In this document: positions 35,462-37,035 of the stretch, one piece after another
Numbering within the stretch: the first letter of the stretch is position 1
Layout: the number at the start of each line of letters is the position of its first letter
DNA from: Guillardia theta CCMP2712
Taxonomy: Eukaryota > Protista > Cryptophyta
Reading direction: 5' to 3'
Assembly (NCBI RefSeq): GCF_000315625.1
Contig: NW_005434609.1
Coordinates: forward strand, 200,763-237,797
DNA: 37,035 nucleotides
Notes under the pieces: generated by a model
The model's database searches: none
Told to the model about the DNA's origin: nothing
What the model saw: the letters and a program-made list of their open reading frames with translations, nothing else
Translations under genes and position numbers: made by a program

Positions 35462-36367
35462 TCATTCTTCGGAGGATGAAGGGACTTGCGTCGAGGTAGA
35501 GGAGGAGAACTCGTAGCTCCCTGTCTCCATGCTTCCCGAGGGGCTCGATCCTACCAAATCGTCGCTGTCAGGGAGAATTGCCTTCCTGTCCTTCGAGGTG
35601 ACGTCGAAGAGCTCCGGATACCTCGGATGAGGATGAGTCTACCTCTTGCACTGTCCGCATGCTTACATCTTGTAGAGCCGGTAGCTCTGAGGCGTCAGCT
35701 CCTTCTGCTTCATCTCTAGCAGCTCTGCTTGAGTGAACTCCCCTCTCTGCAGTTCAAATGTCAACATTTATGCAAACACTCCGTTAAGAAGAGAATTGCC
35801 ATCACCTTTTGTTTCTGCCCCAAGCTCTCTCCTATTTCTCTTTGTTTCCTGGGAGGACCATCAGTCTTGTACGCACGCGTGCATAACTTCACCTTCGTAT
35901 TTCCTTTTCAGACCTCTTAGCAAGGTCAGGGAAATGTTCCCTCTGTTAAAGAAAGACGTCAGCATCGACAAATTGAGATCTTAGATGATTACAATGTATG
36001 TTGAGTCATAGCCCATCTGCTTTGCTTTCAGTCTTGATTTTCTAGCGTACTCTGACGCCAGAAACCCCTTCTTTCCTCTCTTCGGTTTCTTGCCAACCTG
36101 TTTCTCTGCATCCTCGCTTTCCCGTTCATCCCTCCTTGCCGCCCTGATCGGCGCGTAGTCGGGGTGAACTTGATCCAACTTCTTCACTCCTCCTCGCAAC
36201 TGCATGACGTACTGCTGCCTCGATAATTGAAAGAACCACTCAGCCTGCATGGGATGATGATGATGATAATGATGATGACTGCTCTCACATCCTTCTGCAA
36301 CGACTACAAGGACCAAAACGGTAAGGATGATCGAAACATATTGAATGTTGTAAAACGCAACCATCAT
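35462..36367 (-). CDS. Orphan multi-exon protein: signal peptide, His tract, LRGG motif, then a basic/charged region
   Basis: MMVAFYNIQYVSIILTVLVLVVVAEG|CESSHHHYHHHH..MQLRGG VKKLD..GKKPKRGKKG..|RGEFTQAELLEMKQKELTPQSYRLYK|YPELFDVTSKDRKAILPDSDD..SSEE*. Confidence 0.6.
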
Positions 36368-36830
36368 CTTGCAACGGTATGCCCGACGTTGGGCGTTCGC
36401 TCTAATAATAGAGTGGTGAAACAAACATTCTCTTGCTTCACAAGCTCATGCTAAGCCGTGCACAATGTAGCCCGTGTTTTCTTCAGTCGATCAGGAGTTC
36501 ATGTTTCATGCTATGTAGTAGAGGTGGAGGATAGACAAATGACAGAACCTGACCAAGTGAAAGTAATCCAGAAGACTCCCCGACCTTGAATTCGTCGGCT
36601 AGAAGACTATCAGAAACTATCGAAGTGAGGAAGGCATAAGTAGGGTTAGGTAAGAAGAGTTTGTATCGAGTGAGTGCGGGAGGCTAAAAGGGAGGGGAAA
36701 AGGGAGGGAGATGGGAAAAGAAGAAGACGAGAGAGGAGGAGGATTAGAGGGGGAGGGGGAGGAGGAGGAGGAGGAGGAGGAGGTTGAAGGAGAACTCGCT
36801 TCAGCTGGCTACAGCTGCCCGGGCACGCAG

Positions 36831-37035
36831 ATGGGGCAGGTGAAGAGCATGGTGGAGTCGCGGCCGCGGCTAGACTTGGCGTCAGGATGGATCCCTAACT
36901 CGGACTTCATGCCCATCAAGAGGCACTACCCTGAAGAAGCCCTGGTGCGAGCATGGCTGAAGCTGCTGCGGGCGACGCGAGGAGGAGCCGATGGCTACAC
37001 GTGCTCGAGCTCTGCTTCCTTCGACATAGCCGACG
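36831..37035 (+). CDS. 5' part of a hypothetical gene running off the window
   Basis: Open frame MGQVKSMVESRPRLDLASGWIPNSDFMPIKRHYPEEAL, followed by a GT donor at ~36945. Confidence 0.4.
   Translation, partial: MGQVKSMVESRPRLDLASGWIPNSDFMPIKRHYPEEALVRAWLKLLRATRGGADGYTCSSSASFDIAD

Overview
Gene-dense, intron-rich eukaryotic nuclear DNA, not prokaryotic. It has short GT-AG introns with a CTGAC-type branch site, introns expanded by (CCT)n/(GGA)n tracts, and four 100-nt scaffold gaps. The style suggests a cryptophyte alga of the Guillardia/Hanusia type; this is an inference. I spliced about 13 genes by hand, and they alternate strand perfectly. Confidently recognised: a TBC1D23 orthologue (TBC + rhodanese + PH-like), TenA/thiaminase II, an ARL5 small GTPase and a full-length VPS13 lipid-transfer protein. 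Also present: a signal-peptide + CBM48-like + transmembrane protein, a 2OG-Fe(II)-oxygenase-fold protein lacking its metal ligands, a protein ending in an eIF5A-like OB fold, and several orphans. Main novelty candidates: (1) a protease-associated (PA) domain lacking the usual Cys pair, inserted in the VAB region of VPS13; (2) a TBC1D23 that keeps both GAP catalytic fingers; (3) a membrane-anchored starch/glycogen-binding protein with a C-terminal LIR-like motif; (4) a signal-peptide-bearing TenA; (5) a 22-bp AT-rich motif (TTTTACTCAAAGTTAAGTTAAA) found four times beside GC-rich islands in divergent promoters. Exon boundaries are manual and approximate.
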